Shown here one piece after another: positions 23,005 to 36,249 of a stretch of 64,000 nucleotides of DNA; the first letter of the stretch is position 1, and every line of letters starts with the position of its first letter. The notes beneath the pieces are model-generated. The model worked only from the letters and a program-made list of their open reading frames with translations. It was not told the DNA's origin and did not search any database. The stretch is from Heteronotia binoei (lineage: Eukaryota). Where the stretch lies: NCBI RefSeq assembly GCF_032191835.1, contig NC_083231.1, positions 62,310,001-62,374,000 of the forward strand. The letters run 5' to 3'. Made by a program: the position numbers and the translations under genes.

Positions 23005-25508
23005 TCACCAGGAGGCATTATTGACACTTTATTGAGAGGTTCTCCTAAGTCCTCAATAGAGAATAGATACAAGCTTACATATAAGCACTGCCAGCTTTTT
23101 TTAAAAATTTTTTTAAATAGCACTGGCTATACATGATGGAGTCTTGGAGTTGCAGAGATTTTTGCAGTTGTGCTCCATAAAAATATACAGGTGAGATGTG
23201 TACTACATTTTCATTAAAATAAGACTATTAGGTGCATTTCACAGAATACATTTCCTACACTACTGGGCCTATTATGCATGCACAGGTTACTGCAGAGAAT
23301 CCAAGCAGTCGAACCTTTAAGTTTGACTTCAGATTCTGTGCCTGCCTTACATATTCTTTTTTCTCCAATGTATTTAGTCTGCAGGTACAACCAAAAATTC
23401 AGTTGTCTTAACTGAGGTGGGAACATCACTTGTAATGTGTGTGGGATGGCATCCAAAGTTTTTTTAAAAAAATTATGCAATTATCCTATTGCAGGTACAC
23501 AGTACTGCCAAGTAAACATCTTCCATTTAAATCCTAATGGTTCCATTTCTTGAATGAAAGGAAACACAAAGGAAGGAAGGCAAACTAAAAGACATTGTCT
23601 TGAAACTGACAAACCTTTTTTGAAACTGACTAGAGCAACTGTAACATTCCCTTTTCTCTATTGCCACGCTCTAGTGGATTCTCTGATTGGCCACTGTGAA
23701 AAATGGAGAAAAGTCACCACCCTCTGCCACACAAGCACAATTTTGAACTATTTATCCCATAATTATATATTTAAAATAACCACTACAAGACTAGCAATAA
23801 AATGTTAATTTAAATCCAAACCAAAAATGAGAGAGTGTACAGTAATGCAAGATCTACATGCGCTCATGGGCAGGAAGCTGAGAAAGCGAAGGGAGAAGAG
23901 GGGAGATTTCCCCACACCAGTGCCAAGCAAACTGCAAGGATGCAAACTGCAAATTTCAAGGGTGATTCAGTTCCATACTGGATCCACTAGACCCTGGAGA
24001 CAGATGGGGAAAGTGGAATGAATAGGGGAGCTGTGGGGATACTGAGATGGGAAGGGGGAGAGGGCTTGCTGAACAATGTTGTTGGCCCATTCCACATGTG
24101 CACACCCACACCAGGTGAGTATTGGCCATGGCTGCCATGCTTGCTGCTAGGCTTGGTTGGTACCAGTGGATTAATATTTAGCAATGGAATTCATCTGATG
24201 AAGGTTTACAAAATGCTGGTGACACTTAGAAGCCATGTCTCCAAGTTGAATTTCCTATTCAGAATTTTCTGAGAAGACTATATATTGTTTGCAGAAATCT
24301 TTCTTACTAATTTTCCAAGGTAAATCCTGTGGACATCTCTTAGAAGACGGTGTATAGAATTGAAGTGATTTCTGAACAGCAAATTTCCAGATGGACTTCG
24401 TTACTGATATTGAACTTTATAGGACTGGATTATGTATTGATGCAGTTTCTCAATGTTAATCTCTTTGTGACTATAGGAATTATTGTCATATTGAGTTAAG
24501 AACTCATGATGCACAGCATGCTTTGCTTGTGTCTTTAATGTAAAATAATACAATTCACACTAAGGTTTTTTAATAATTAACTTTATTGCTTTATGCCTAC
24601 ACCACAGATTTTTTTTTGGGGGGGGGACTTATTCATTTCTGTGGTCCTGCTTTTTTGGATTTTGTAATCGTTTGTGCTTGATGGGTGGCACACTACCCAA
24701 TGCCAGTCTTGCCCTTCCTTCTCCCTCCTTTCAGAGTTTGTGAAGAGACTTCTTGGAGAGCTGCCAGAGAAGCACATGTAGAAAAGAAATTGCAGGGGAC
24801 TGCAATCTCTCACACAACTCTTTTAAGTTTTTCCCCTATTGTTCCTTTTCCCCCCAGTGATCTGAGACTAGCAAAAGCCTAATATTGATAAACTCATGCT
24901 GCTTGTTAAAAAAAAATTTAAAACAATGAAGGAAAAGGTAATCAATGGAGCTTGTACACAAATGAAAGTGAGGAGGAAGGTGCAAAGTGAATAGAATGAC
25001 CTAAATGTGGACAGGATTGGCCTTTGAGGGCTGACAAAAGGGCAGGGGGAGGGGGACCCAAGGAAATCTGTATGCTTTTGGATTACCTTTGGCTTAGAAG
25101 TGAATGAAAAAATCACCACAAAAGCACTCTCAGAAAACCCAGAGAAACAGCGACAGAAAAGCAAACTGAGCCCTGTAAGCTATAGGAAAAACAAGTTGGG
25201 TCCTGGTTCCCCGGATTCAACTCATCAAAAAATATAATTCAGAGTTTGGACCTTAATGTATAAACTTGCAGGGCTCCAGGACAGCTGTCACTAGGAAGTC
25301 TCCCATCACATTTAGGAAGGTGCAATTCTGCAAGTTGATGGAACAATCTTTTCTCCCTGAGCCCCTCATTTCCTTGAGTTATCAGAAGAAAAAAGGGACC
25401 ACTTTACGCCACTTCCTTGTCAAATAATTACTAGGAAAAACGTTTCCGTCTTATGTATGGTACCTGAGGTGAGGCTCTGTAAGCTGGAAACTTTTTATAG
25501 CTGCTTAT

Positions 25509-25678
25509 CTGGGCTTTTTTTTCCTGCTAGAGGCCACAGGAGCGGAGCTCCACCTGGGCTGACCAGGGTTCCGGTTGGCCTACCTGCCATGCAGCAGCCA
25601 TGTGCTTCCAGGCCAGGCAGTGTGGCATAATATGCAAATGAGCTCCTACTGGGCTTTTTCTACAAACCCCACCCACTG
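25509..25678. mobile_element. hAT MITE of the same family as 11613-11806, opposite orientation
   Basis: 8-bp TSD CTGCTTAT/CTGCTTAC; ATGCAAAT at 25632-25639. Confidence 0.7.
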
Positions 25679-25744
25679 CTGCTTACTATCCAAAATGGTA
25701 CAGGTAATTTTCTGACTACAGTGGCCCTAGGCTTGGGACATGAA

Positions 25745-26135
25745 CACATGAAGTTGCCTTCTACTGAATCAGACTATATTGTCTACATCTATATTGTCTG
25801 CTCTGGCAGCAGCTCTCCAAGGTCTTGGGTAATGATCTTTCATGTCACCTTCTATTGGAAAAGACAATAATGCTAGGAAAAGTGGGGTAACAGGGAAAAA
25901 GAAAGACCCAACATGAGATGGATTGACTCTATAAAGGAAGACACAGCTCTCCATTTGCAAGGTCTGAGCAAGGCTGTTAACAAGAGGACATTTTGGAGGT
26001 CATAAATTCATAGGGTTGCCATAAGTTGAAAGTGATTTGATGGCATGTAACACAGAACACACTGTACCTGATGCTTTTAGCTGAAGATGTCAGGAATTGA
26101 ACCTGAGACCTTCTGTATGCCCAGGAGATGTTCTA
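25745..26135 (-). mobile_element. tRNA-derived SINE with CR1-like tail, split by an insertion
   Basis: Tail catgaagttgccttctactgaatcagac and head ggaattgaacctgagaccttctgtatg match the copy at 30241-30440. Confidence 0.5.
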
Positions 26136-29100
26136 CAGCCCACCTCTAAGGTATATGCATCCCTAAGGCATACGTCTCCTGCCCTTGCTGTCCTGAAGGA
26201 GGTACTGTGGAAATGCAGCTCTTTCTGCATTTCTAAATTTTTGTATCATAAGCCACATATCTCTGTAGTCTTGTAAAGCTTATCCTGTACGTTTCTCTGT
26301 CCCTTAAAACATGCTACCAATTTCTATATACCACTGGGGGAAAATCAGTATGATCCAAAAAAACTGCGACAACAGTGAACATTTGGTTCTACATATATAA
26401 GGGCTCTCCTTCATGAATTTCTACTGAATTGCTGAGGGGTCAACTACACATTACATTTCTTCACTTGTTTATGCTTGTTTTCCTGTGCTCGTGAACTGCT
26501 CCTGATTTATTTATTTTAAAAAAGGATAGCTCAAATGGGTTCAAAATGGTGCCATGGGGTAGGAATGGCTCTTGCCTTCCCCTCAAGCAGTTTTCTTGTG
26601 TGAAAACTGTACTGGGGATGGAAAGTTATTTTTCCCATTTTGCTGCTCTGTGTGGAGTATCTATTCATATGGAGGACCAAAACTGCCAAACATTAGAGTT
26701 GTGAGACCAAGTCTTGCAACCAGCAGGAGGATTGAAGGGCAGGGATGGGGGGAGGGGGGGAGGGTGATGTTGTTGACATCACTACAATGGGTAGCTCTAG
26801 GAATCACTGGAAACTCTATGGCTTCCCAGACCAGCCCTTAACCTAAGAACTAAGGCTAACTTTCCTCATCCATTCTTCATATATACAGCTTATATATCTG
26901 TCAATTGACCAGTCAATATCTCTATCAATCTACTAGTTATCTTGGTAGGGTCAACCAATATTCCCTCTAAGTTTGTGAGCAAAAATTCTACTTTGTGAGC
27001 TACTGGCATTGAGACAGTGAGCTATTACATAAATTAGTGTGCTCTGGGGCCATTTTTCCTGAGCTAAAACAAAAATATGTGAGCCAGAGGCTAAAAAACT
27101 GTGAACTAGCTCACACTAACTCAGCTTAGAAAGAACACTGGAGTCAACCCATGCACTGCTTTCTTAGGGACAGAGTTTTTAGCATAAGACATCATATCAT
27201 AAGATGTGAGTGATCCTCAAATTAGCAGGCATGGTTAAAGAAATCTAGCAAGGTGTTAATAAAAAGCTTGATTAAACACAATAAATTAGAAATGCTGCCC
27301 TCAAATTATGTCATGATATAAATGGCAAATATCTGCATATACCCCTAAATAGGAATTTCATGCATAATCTGCCATGCATGAGGATGAAATTTTGTCCCTA
27401 TGTTTTATACATTAGAATAATTTTTTTGATTGGGCTCTGCAGTGCAGAAGCTTTGCATATTATTATACTCCATGCTGTGATGAGCAGATTTGAATGTAAC
27501 ATCGCCATTTTTATGTTGCTAAGCAGTTGTTTTGAAAGGTAAATTCTTGTTCCACCCCTTCAAAAAGGCAAGCAACATGTATAACCACCTCATGTATTCA
27601 GTGGGGACTACAGCAATCAAACAACTGCTTACACTATTTTTTTACATTTAGTAAGCTAAGGAAATTTAAATCATATAATTCATGAAAGGGATAGTACTTA
27701 ACTCTTACTTTGTAAACGATGGTACTTGTTTGTGACATCCCTAAAAAGACATTGTGTTTGCAGAATCAATGCTGCACAAATGCCTCCATTCAGCCTGGTA
27801 TTAAACTAGAACTTCAGGATGATCCCTGCAATACTGCATTCATTTTTTGGCATGTACATTTAGAAGGGAAAGGATGAAAATGCAGGTAGTGAGAAACAAT
27901 CATCCCTCCTCACTGGAAAATGATACTGACAAGAAATAACCTCCTGAATTATAGAACTCATCAGTAGCTGGCACTGCAGCAGGGATTGCTGGCAGTCAGT
28001 TTATTAAGGCGTTCAGAATTTTTACCTTACTTGAGATTCCCCCCCCCCTCTTTTTGTTGCAGGCTAATCAGCTGGAAAAGATATTTGAAGAAAGAGGATA
28101 TCCTAGTTGATATAGTTCACAAAGCATTAGTTAAGCCTCATGAGTCTGACAGACAACAAATTATTGCTTCAACAGCTCAAATCGAGGCAGCACTTTTCTG
28201 TGTCACTTGTTCCAACGTGTTCTTGTTTGTCACCTAAAATCAAGGCAGAAATTCTCAGGCAGACCTCTGAGGCCTACATCTCTAAAGGCCAAGTATCTTC
28301 TGTCATCAGTTTTGCTCTTCCAGCTTTGTGCTTTCCCAGTACCTAAAATGGACAAAAGATGGTGATCTTTTTTATAATGTTTCTGTTTCAAGTTGTAAAA
28401 ATCCCACCTGCCAATCACCTTTAATGATGTTTTATATTAGAGTAACAAAAGTAAAGGTCAAGGTCCTTTCAAATGTGAGAAAACATTTCTATATTCCATT
28501 TTTAAGACTCTGTTTGCAAACATATCACACACATTTTCCAACAGCTCAAGGCCTACCTACAGCAACATACGCTGCAATTAGGTGGTGGGATTCTCAGGTG
28601 GAAACTGAATAGAGACACTCCATACTGTGGAGAGGGCATCAGGTTTTTAAATGTTTCATTTCTTTTCTTTTTTAAAAAAGCATCATCCCTGCAAGCAAAA
28701 AACCCTGAAGCACAGGTAAAGGACTGGAATAGAAATCAGCTTTCTAGTGTTTGTCTTTTTCTCATGGATATACATTACATAAGTTATTTTCCATTGTCAC
28801 TTGGCTCATCTTACCCATTCTGACACACTTCTGTTTATCTAGTCAGCATAATTTCCATACCTTTCTTCCCCAGCACATAAGACCTTTAGAAAAAAAACCT
28901 TTAGAAAAAACTCTTTTTATAAATTAGGGATCCCATTTGTAGGACGGCGAGGGCGGGAGTAGAAGTGCCAAGGCTTGTTGGCTTTGTGGTTGGTGGTGCA
29001 GCAGGCACCAGCCAGGGAGGCTGCTGCAGCTGTGCAGGATCCCTTCTGCCTCTCCCTCCCTTAGCTGACCTATCAGGTATGGCCTAGTATGACAGGGGGC

Positions 29101-29639
29101 AAGTCCTGGCCAGCAGACTTTGCAAAGAGAGCTTTCCTTCAGGTCTGTCTGTCACTTGGCCTTGTGGCCTACCCAGCTCTTCCTTTTCTGTGTTACAGTT
29201 GTTCTTGCTCTTCTTTGCTTTCACTGTCACTGCTGTTTCAGGGGAATTTTGGCCCACATGCTGAATCTTTGGGGATCTTCTTGAGAAATTTTAGGTGAGA
29301 GTTTACAGGGGACATGCCCAGCTTGGAGGCCATTAAAGTGCCCTCACTTCAATGTAGTGGCTTATGCCCATATGGAATTCCACAGATTGCTATTTGACAG
29401 CACCCCCCACCAGCCCATTTGATGTGGTCTGTATATTGGCTGGCAAGTGGGTTGACCAATGCCCAGATTTGTTTTGCCCCATATTGCACGAGGCTGTCTA
29501 GGGTTGTTGTTTTTGCACATTTGGTGGGTCCACTTTGCTGTCTTCCTGCTTCTCTGCTCAGAGCTGGGTCTACAAACTTTTACTTTCTACATTTAGAAAA
29601 CTTCTGTGCCACCTCTCATGAAAACCTGCTCAAGGTGGC

Positions 29640-30110
29640 ATATAACACAATAAGAACACATAAATTGTTTACAGTTTTAATAAAGCATTAAATAAAACCC
29701 AGCCTGAACAGACACATAAATACTGAGCCGCTTAAAATGAATCTAGTTAAGACTAGAAACAGATTATAAAAACAAATGGTAAAAGGTAAATCCCTTAATT
29801 TAAAAACGAGATAAAATAAATGTTTTACCCTGACAGCTAACAGAGTGTAGATTAGGTGCCAGCCAAACCACAGGGTAAAGGCAATTCCATGGGTGAGGTA
29901 TTCCTGCTTGAAAAAAGGCTGTTTCTGGTCACCAACTGCCTGAAGGTGAGTATGCACAGAGCAGTTCTGAGGAAGTTCTTGGTGATGGGCTAGAAGAAGA
30001 GGCAGTCTTTCAGATACTCTGGCCCCAAACTAATTAGAGCTTAAAAGGTAAGAGCCAGCATTTTGAATTGTGCCCAGAAACACACATTGCAATCCTAAAC
30101 AGAATAAGAA
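29640..30110 (-). mobile_element. Old L2 3' fragment
   Basis: ggtattcctgcttgaaaaaaggctgtttc..gatactctggccccaaac..gagcttaaaaggtaagagccagcattttgaattg is a decayed L2 ORF end. Confidence 0.65.
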
Positions 30111-30240
30111 AGGGTGAAGGGGAGAGGGAATCAGGAGGCACAAAGAGAATGGAGCTGAGGACCATCTTCCTGTGACAGGCATGCTTCTCCTTGCCCCGAT
30201 ACTGTGTCCTGTGCCTACAAGTGAGCCTTGCCTGGAAAAA

Positions 30241-30440
30241 AGGTACATATGAAGCTGTCTTATACTGAACCCAACCACTGGTCCATCAGGGTCAGTATTT
30301 TCTACTCAGACTGGCAGCAGCTCTGCAGGTTTTCAGGAAGAAGTCTTTCATATCACCCACTACTTGGATCCTGTTAACTGGAAATGCCAAGGATTGAACC
30401 TGGGACCTTCTGCATGCCAAGCATATGCTCTTCCACTAGC
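30241..30440 (-). mobile_element. tRNA-derived SINE (Anolis SINE2/Squam2-like)
   Basis: Minus-strand head ..agagcatatgcttggcatgcagaaggtcccaggttcaatcc (B box); tail tcagtataagacagcttcatatg. Confidence 0.65.
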
Positions 30441-31394
30441 TACTCCCTTATACAGAATACATGAAACTGGTCATCCCTGCACAGAGGCCTCAAAATAGGA
30501 TTGTACTTCACTCACACACAAAGCAGTATCAGCATGGAGGGAAAAACTGCAGAAGTTCACACATCACAGCTGACATCAGACAATTCCATCCTTTTAATGA
30601 CTTGGCTGTTTCTTAGTATTTACTGTAGAAGTTAAAATGCTCTTCCTCGTATTCCTTAGGTAGAGCAACTAATCTGGAAACCAGTTATTCCAAGTATTTA
30701 TTTCAAGTCAATAGATTCTTTTTGTCCAGGAACTGTGATTTTGTGTACCAAGGTAGGCTTAACACTTAAAATGAAAAATTGTTGGCTCTTGGTGTCCCAT
30801 CGTAATCTACATGGAATTTATATACCCAGATTTAGAAAAGGGAATATTTCTAACACCTCAATGACATGTCTGTTTATCCCAAAGTACCAATGTGTTCAAT
30901 TGATTTACTCTTGGGTAAATGAGCATAGTGTGAAACATTTGACGTATTTCTTGCCAGTTTAGTTTTTATTCCATTATTCGATATATTATATTCCAGTGTG
31001 CTATATTTGCACATTGCTCTGCCTGAGCCATTCAGCCACAGCACTTAATTATATCTTTGTGAAACATCTCTCTCAGATATCTTCATAAAAGTCTTATGTG
31101 CTCAGCAGAATTAATAAAATCAAGGTTAGACCCTGATGCACTTGATGTTTGTATAAATATTACCCAGCAGAACACTAATTATCCAAATGTGTGGGTATCT
31201 ATTTTTTTTTCTCCTGCATTCTGTCATGTACCTGTGCTTTAGCTTAGCTATATATAAGTAATTCATACACAAAACACAAATACTGCCTTCACATATAGAC
31301 TGTTTTTTCCTCATATCAATGATTCTTTGTTGTGCATTCCTTGCTGCTGCAAATTCTGTGAACTTAGGCAGATCATGAGGAGGGTAGGAAAGGC

Positions 31395-31858
31395 TGTATA
31401 ATATAGTGCAGGGGTGGCCAATGGTAGCTCTCCAGATGTTTTTTGCCTACAACTCCCATCAGCCCCAGCCATTGGCCATGCTGGCTGGGGATGATGGGAT
31501 GATGGGAGTTGTAGGCAAAAAACATCTGGAGAGCTACCATTGGCCACCCCTGTGGGTTCAATGCATGGAAGAAGCGAGGTGGTAGTGGTCATCAGCTCTT
31601 TATTAAGTGCAGCATAGTATAGGGCTGCACTCCAAGACTGCTGAACTGGGCCAATGGGGCCAACTATATACAACTCAGTGTTCCCGCACAAGCACATTAT
31701 TGGATTATTCAAACCAGCAGGGGGCCTGTGATCGATGCAGAGCAGCAGGTATTTGGATCCTGCTACCCATTGTTCCCAAGACCCCAGGTTCCGTTCATAT
31801 AGCTCCAATGAGCCAGGCAGGAACACCCAATTCAGCTCTCACTTGAGTCCACATATAC
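31395..31858 (-). mobile_element. Solo LTR (same family as 18549-18848) interrupted by a MITE
   Basis: Collinear similarity to 18549-18848 over about 300 bp. Confidence 0.7.
31409..31552. mobile_element. Fold-back MITE with perfect 53-bp terminal inverted repeats
   Basis: 31409-31461 is the exact reverse complement of 31500-31552. Confidence 0.9.
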
Positions 31859-31869
31859 AATGGGCTGCA

Positions 31870-32108
31870 TCAGTGCTTAGTTCTTGTGGCCATTTTTTAC
31901 ACACCCAGGGAAATGCTGGTCACCACTTTGGGGTCAGGAAGTAATTTTCTCCAAAAAAGTTTGGCCAGGGATCTTGGAGGGGTTTTTCTAGCCATCTTCT
32001 GGTCATGGAGCAGGGGTCAATGGGGGTGTGGGGGGATGTGAATTTCCTGTGTTGTGCAGGGGGTTGAACTAGATGACCCTGGAGGTCCCTTCCAACTCTA
32101 TGATTCTT
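31870..32108 (+). mobile_element. CR1 LINE 3' end
   Basis: gttgaactagatgaccctggaggtcccttccaactctatgattc, the typical CR1 terminus. Confidence 0.75.
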
Positions 32109-32184
32109 TGAAATACAGAGCCATTCAGAATGGCAATTTAAGAACCATATTGTATTCTCTATATTGAGTACACTCCATATTGAG

Positions 32185-32454
32185 AATCAGACCAATTTCG
32201 CACTAGGGCTTGTTCTAAGTGGAGAGCCCTTTTGACCTCGGTGCTTCTGTCTATTTTCACACAAGTTGCCATGGAACTGCAAGTTGGCATGCCATTCTCC
32301 TGTGGCAAGCAGAAACCATTTGGAAGAGGATCCTGCTTGTTGCAGAAGAGTGCCGCGTCAACTCGCAGCTCTGGGGCAACTTGCACAAAAACGGAGAGAA
32401 GCCCTGGGAGCAAAAGGGCTCTCCATCTGGAACAAACCTTTTGCGAAATCGGTC
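32185..32454. mobile_element. Imperfect fold-back MITE (superfamily uncertain, possibly PIF/Harbinger)
   Basis: gaccaatttcgca..ttgttc..ggagagcccttttg versus caaaagggctctcc..gaacaa..tgcgaaatcggtc. Confidence 0.6.
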
Positions 32455-32725
32455 CCAGTTTTGTTTAGTAGTTAAGAGTGTGGACTCAAATCTGTGAGAA
32501 CTGGGTTTGAGTCCCCACTCCTCCAAATGCACCTCCTGGTGTGACCTTAGGTCGGTCACAAATTCTCTCAGAGCTGTTCTCTCAAGAGCAGCTCTGGAAA
32601 GAGCTCTCTTAGCCTCATCTATCTCACAGGGTGTCTGTTGTGGGAAGGGGAAGAGAAAGGCAATTTTAAGCTGCTCTGAGATTCCAGGTGAAGGGTGGGG
32701 TATAAATCCAATCTCCTTCTCCTCC
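32455..32725 (+). mobile_element. tRNA-derived SINE (Squam3-like) with CT-rich tail
   Basis: Head tagtagttaagagtgtggactcaaatctgtgagaactgggtttgagtcccc; same family as 47977-48235. Confidence 0.7.
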
Positions 32726-32879
32726 TTTTTCTCTATTTCTCCCATACTTCCCCTTCTTGTATGGTGCCAATGAGCTTTTGCCTGCTATCAAAAATGCCAG
32801 TTATATTTTCCTGTGTTTTGCCTGGATCTTGTTTTACACCAGTTTGTCTTCATAACACCTTCTCCTTTCAACTGGATAC

Positions 32880-32975
32880 TTCTCGTGGTTATGAATGTAC
32901 ATTTCAATGCATTCGAGGAAGTGATCTCTGACTTACGAAAGCTTATACTGAAATAATTGTTAGATCTTCTTCCCA
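32880..32975 (+). mobile_element. Penelope-like terminal-repeat remnant with a degenerate hammerhead motif
   Basis: gcattcgaggaagtgatctctgacttacgaaagcttatac at 32909-32948. Confidence 0.45.
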
Positions 32976-32984
32976 AATCCTGCT

Positions 32985-33400
32985 ATGTGCCCCCTCATCC
33001 ACTAGAGACAGGACTTTCTTACGGGTGGCACCTCATCTCTGAAATCCCCTCCACCTTTTGGTAGCCACCTTAATGTCTTTTAGATGCCAGGCAAAAATAT
33101 TTATAGTCACACTTTTTGAGATGATGGGGTTATAGTCACACTTTTTGAGATGATGTTTTAATGAACTGTCTCTTGCCTAAGGGCTGTTTCATGACTATTG
33201 TTTTATGATGTCTGATGGATTAAATAATAATAATAATAATAATAACAACAACAACTTTTTATTTATATCCCTCCCTCCTCGCCAAGGCAGGCTCAGGGCA
33301 GCTCACAACACATAAATACAATACACAGTAAAACCATAATACACAGTAATTACAATTAGATAAAACCATCATTTAAATCATTGAAATTTTATGCTTATTC
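32985..33400. mobile_element. Two L2 3' ends tail-to-tail (+ at about 32985-33225; - at about 33225-33400) meeting at an (AAT)n tract
   Basis: Plus-strand decayed ORF end and 3' UTR with a 28-bp tandem duplication, then AAT repeats and tttatatccctccctcctcgccaaggcaggctcagggcagctcacaac. Confidence 0.6.
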
Positions 33401-35679
33401 TTATCCTTATTTTCCTTGGTGACCCAATTCAAGCAGGTCTCTAAAAAGGCAGGCTAATGTTTGTCTAAATCAATATCTAATGAATAAATCTAAGGTATTA
33501 ATTACACATCTTGTGACAATGCCTTCAACAAGCAATGTATGAAGTACTGTGCAATGTATGAAGTACTGTTTCTTCTTGGCTTGTCTCAGTCTGCTCATAA
33601 AGCAATCAGGGGACACACACAGACAGTCATATTAGTTCCAGCTGTGTGTGCTAAGTGCCATCAAGAAGAAAATAAATCCCCATATTTATCATCATTACCT
33701 CTGCCATTCAATTCGATAATTAGCTTCATGGCTAAGAAAGGTTCCAGTTTTGTTTTGGGTTTTTTTTGTAATCTCTTGAATTCCAAGAGAATTCTCAATC
33801 CCCACCAAGTTATTAAATACCTAACCATCTTTGTCTAAGCATGGAATTAAAACTTTGGCCAGGAAACAATTTAATTAGGATATTTATTTTCCATGAAATC
33901 TATAGTGGAACACAAATCATTCTAAATAGTCTTCAGGTTGTACTGGGAATTCCTAGGAGGGATATAAACATTTACAATTATCAGAAAAAAGACCCTGTTA
34001 AGCTGAAGTAACAGAAAATAATGAGATTCCATCTCAGTTTGATTGGACTTAGACTCAGGGGCAGGCTTAGCCATGTGATAACCAGGAAACCTTCCCCAGG
34101 GCCCATGCTGGGAGGGCACAAAGGGCTCCCAGCTGCTAGACTCTCTGGAGCTGTGGAGGATAGCAGGGACTTTGGGACAGTAGCCAAACCTGCACCCAAA
34201 AGAGCAGAACAGGACACAAAAATGGCTCTGAAAAGAGCCATGCCACTCCTGACAGAAGAGGGGGAGGAGGAAGAGGTGAGCAGGCTCTCACAGGGAACTT
34301 TTAATTAACAGTCAATGCCATAGCTACTAGGAGTGAACAGGAGATAATGGATGAAGATGAAAAAGTGTTGGTAAAAAGCAAAATTTAAGGACAATGAAGA
34401 GCAGAACCTTTGCTGAACAGGAATTTTATAAAGAATATGCTAAATTCACTACCACATAAAGTTGTCATTTCTATTCTACTTGCAGTTGACTGTGAAAAAA
34501 GAAAAAAAATGAATACTGGTATTTTCCACATGGAAACTAATTGGGAGGAGGATGTCCTGTTACCAATGCTGCTGTAGATACAATGCAGCACCAAGAGCTT
34601 CCACAATCCCTGTATTTCTGCTGCTCCAGTCCACCAGCAGCAGGCAGCGGTCATCCTTCTATCATAGGCCAATGGGGCGCTTTCACCTCTCTCTCTCTCT
34701 CAACACAAAAGTCTCTATCCTCTTCTGCTATAGATCTCCACAATGGAATGGACAAGAGACTTTTTTTTAAAAAAAAAGAAAGCTGGAAATTCACAGAATG
34801 TTGCCCTTATTGTTATAATGTTATATTGATACAGCAATATGAAATTACCAATTTTAGAAAGTCCTGCTGTCAGGGAAGGAGGATATGGCCACCTACAGGC
34901 AGAGAGTCAGGGAAAGCAGCCACCATGTAGGCAGGAACATCCAAAACTTCCAATCCACATAGGCTTTATTGTGATCTTTCCCAAAACTTTACAAAAAAAA
35001 AGCCAGGTTGAGAGAGATTAGAGAAACTCTGAAAGGTGCATGTGTGTACCATAATGCTGTGAGGAAGCATTAAAAAAACCCACTGCTTCAGAATTGCATT
35101 GAACCCAGAGCGGATAACCCATGTGAAAATAGCCACTATCCTAAAGCAAGAATAACCTCAAACAATCATTCAAAGGCACCTTGGCCAATGAGCTACTATC
35201 TATAAGTACCATTGAAGATAAAAATATTATGTCGAAGTAGAAAAATTATGCTGCTTAAATATAAATTCTTTATTTCTGATCGTTACATCTGAGTTGGTGA
35301 AAAATACTATGAGCATCCTGTCTTTGATCCAAGTCCTGATAATAGATCCTTGAGATGCAATTAATTGGAATCAAGTGGAAATCTGCAAGATCTACTTCTT
35401 CTGAAGCTGTAATAATAGCAACAAATTTTCTAAATATGGACCTTCTCTATTTTTAGTCTTTCATAATAAGCAGGTTCTGTTGTGAGATGAAACAAATTGC
35501 AGGCTCTGTTGTGAGATGAAACAAATTGCTCTTCCCACTTTTTAAATATATTTTGTCTTCTAAGTAATTATAGAACTCTGTAGTGCTTTGGACTGGGATC
35601 TACAGTTACTATCATCAGGAAAGCTCAGGAATCAAAATACAGGGTGCTTTTTTCTCCCTCTGCCACTGGGACAGAATGA

Positions 35680-35990
35680 CCCCTAGTCCAGTTCCTGATG
35701 CCTTGCTTTATAGTACAAAAGGTCTGGTATCCTCAAAACTTGCTTTTGAGCAAGGACTGTGAGTAGTGCCTCAAAGGCAGTTACTGTAGGGCTGGTCCAC
35801 TGGAGCATGAACAGCTGTTCTTCTGCGTCATCTCAGTCATGGGAGTCTCTGAAGTTTGAAAAAAGCGATGGTAATAACCCACCAGACTCAGGAACTGCTG
35901 CAACCTCTTCTTATTATGCCTAACCCATGGTGTTAGGGCTTGAGCTTCCTGGGCAAGGAAGTGATATTCCCACTGCACTGCTAAAGTCCC
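35680..35990 (-). mobile_element. Decayed Gypsy pol fragment (RT-RNase H junction)
   Basis: KKRLQQFLSLVGYYHRFF resembles the conserved (L/V)RSFLGLxGYYRRF motif. Confidence 0.55.
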
Positions 35991-36249
35991 CAGAGTCTGC
36001 TAGCCTCCAGGTCTCTTGTCACTGCCTCTGCTACAGCACCTTCTACCTGGGGCACCAGGGCCACTAAATCAGGCTATTCCCTGCCCAAAATGGAGGGGTA
36101 TTTTAGATCTGAGATGCTCACCATCTCCAATTTGTGCTTAAGTCCTCCCACCTATACTGTAGCCAGCCTTGTGAAGTATACATATACATCCTATACACCC
36201 ATCACACTCAGAACCAGCTCTGGTCCATGGGGTTTCAGTCAGTCAGTCA

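Noticed and set aside
34021-34308. 95-aa ORF ending near a GAG|GTGAGC donor
   Set aside because: No acceptor or promoter evidence and the peptide is unrecognised; such donors occur often by chance.
35470-35529. 29-bp tandem duplication (similar short doublets at about 4896-4929 and 33100-33155)
   Set aside because: Two-copy local slippage duplications without spacers; not CRISPR-like or otherwise structured.
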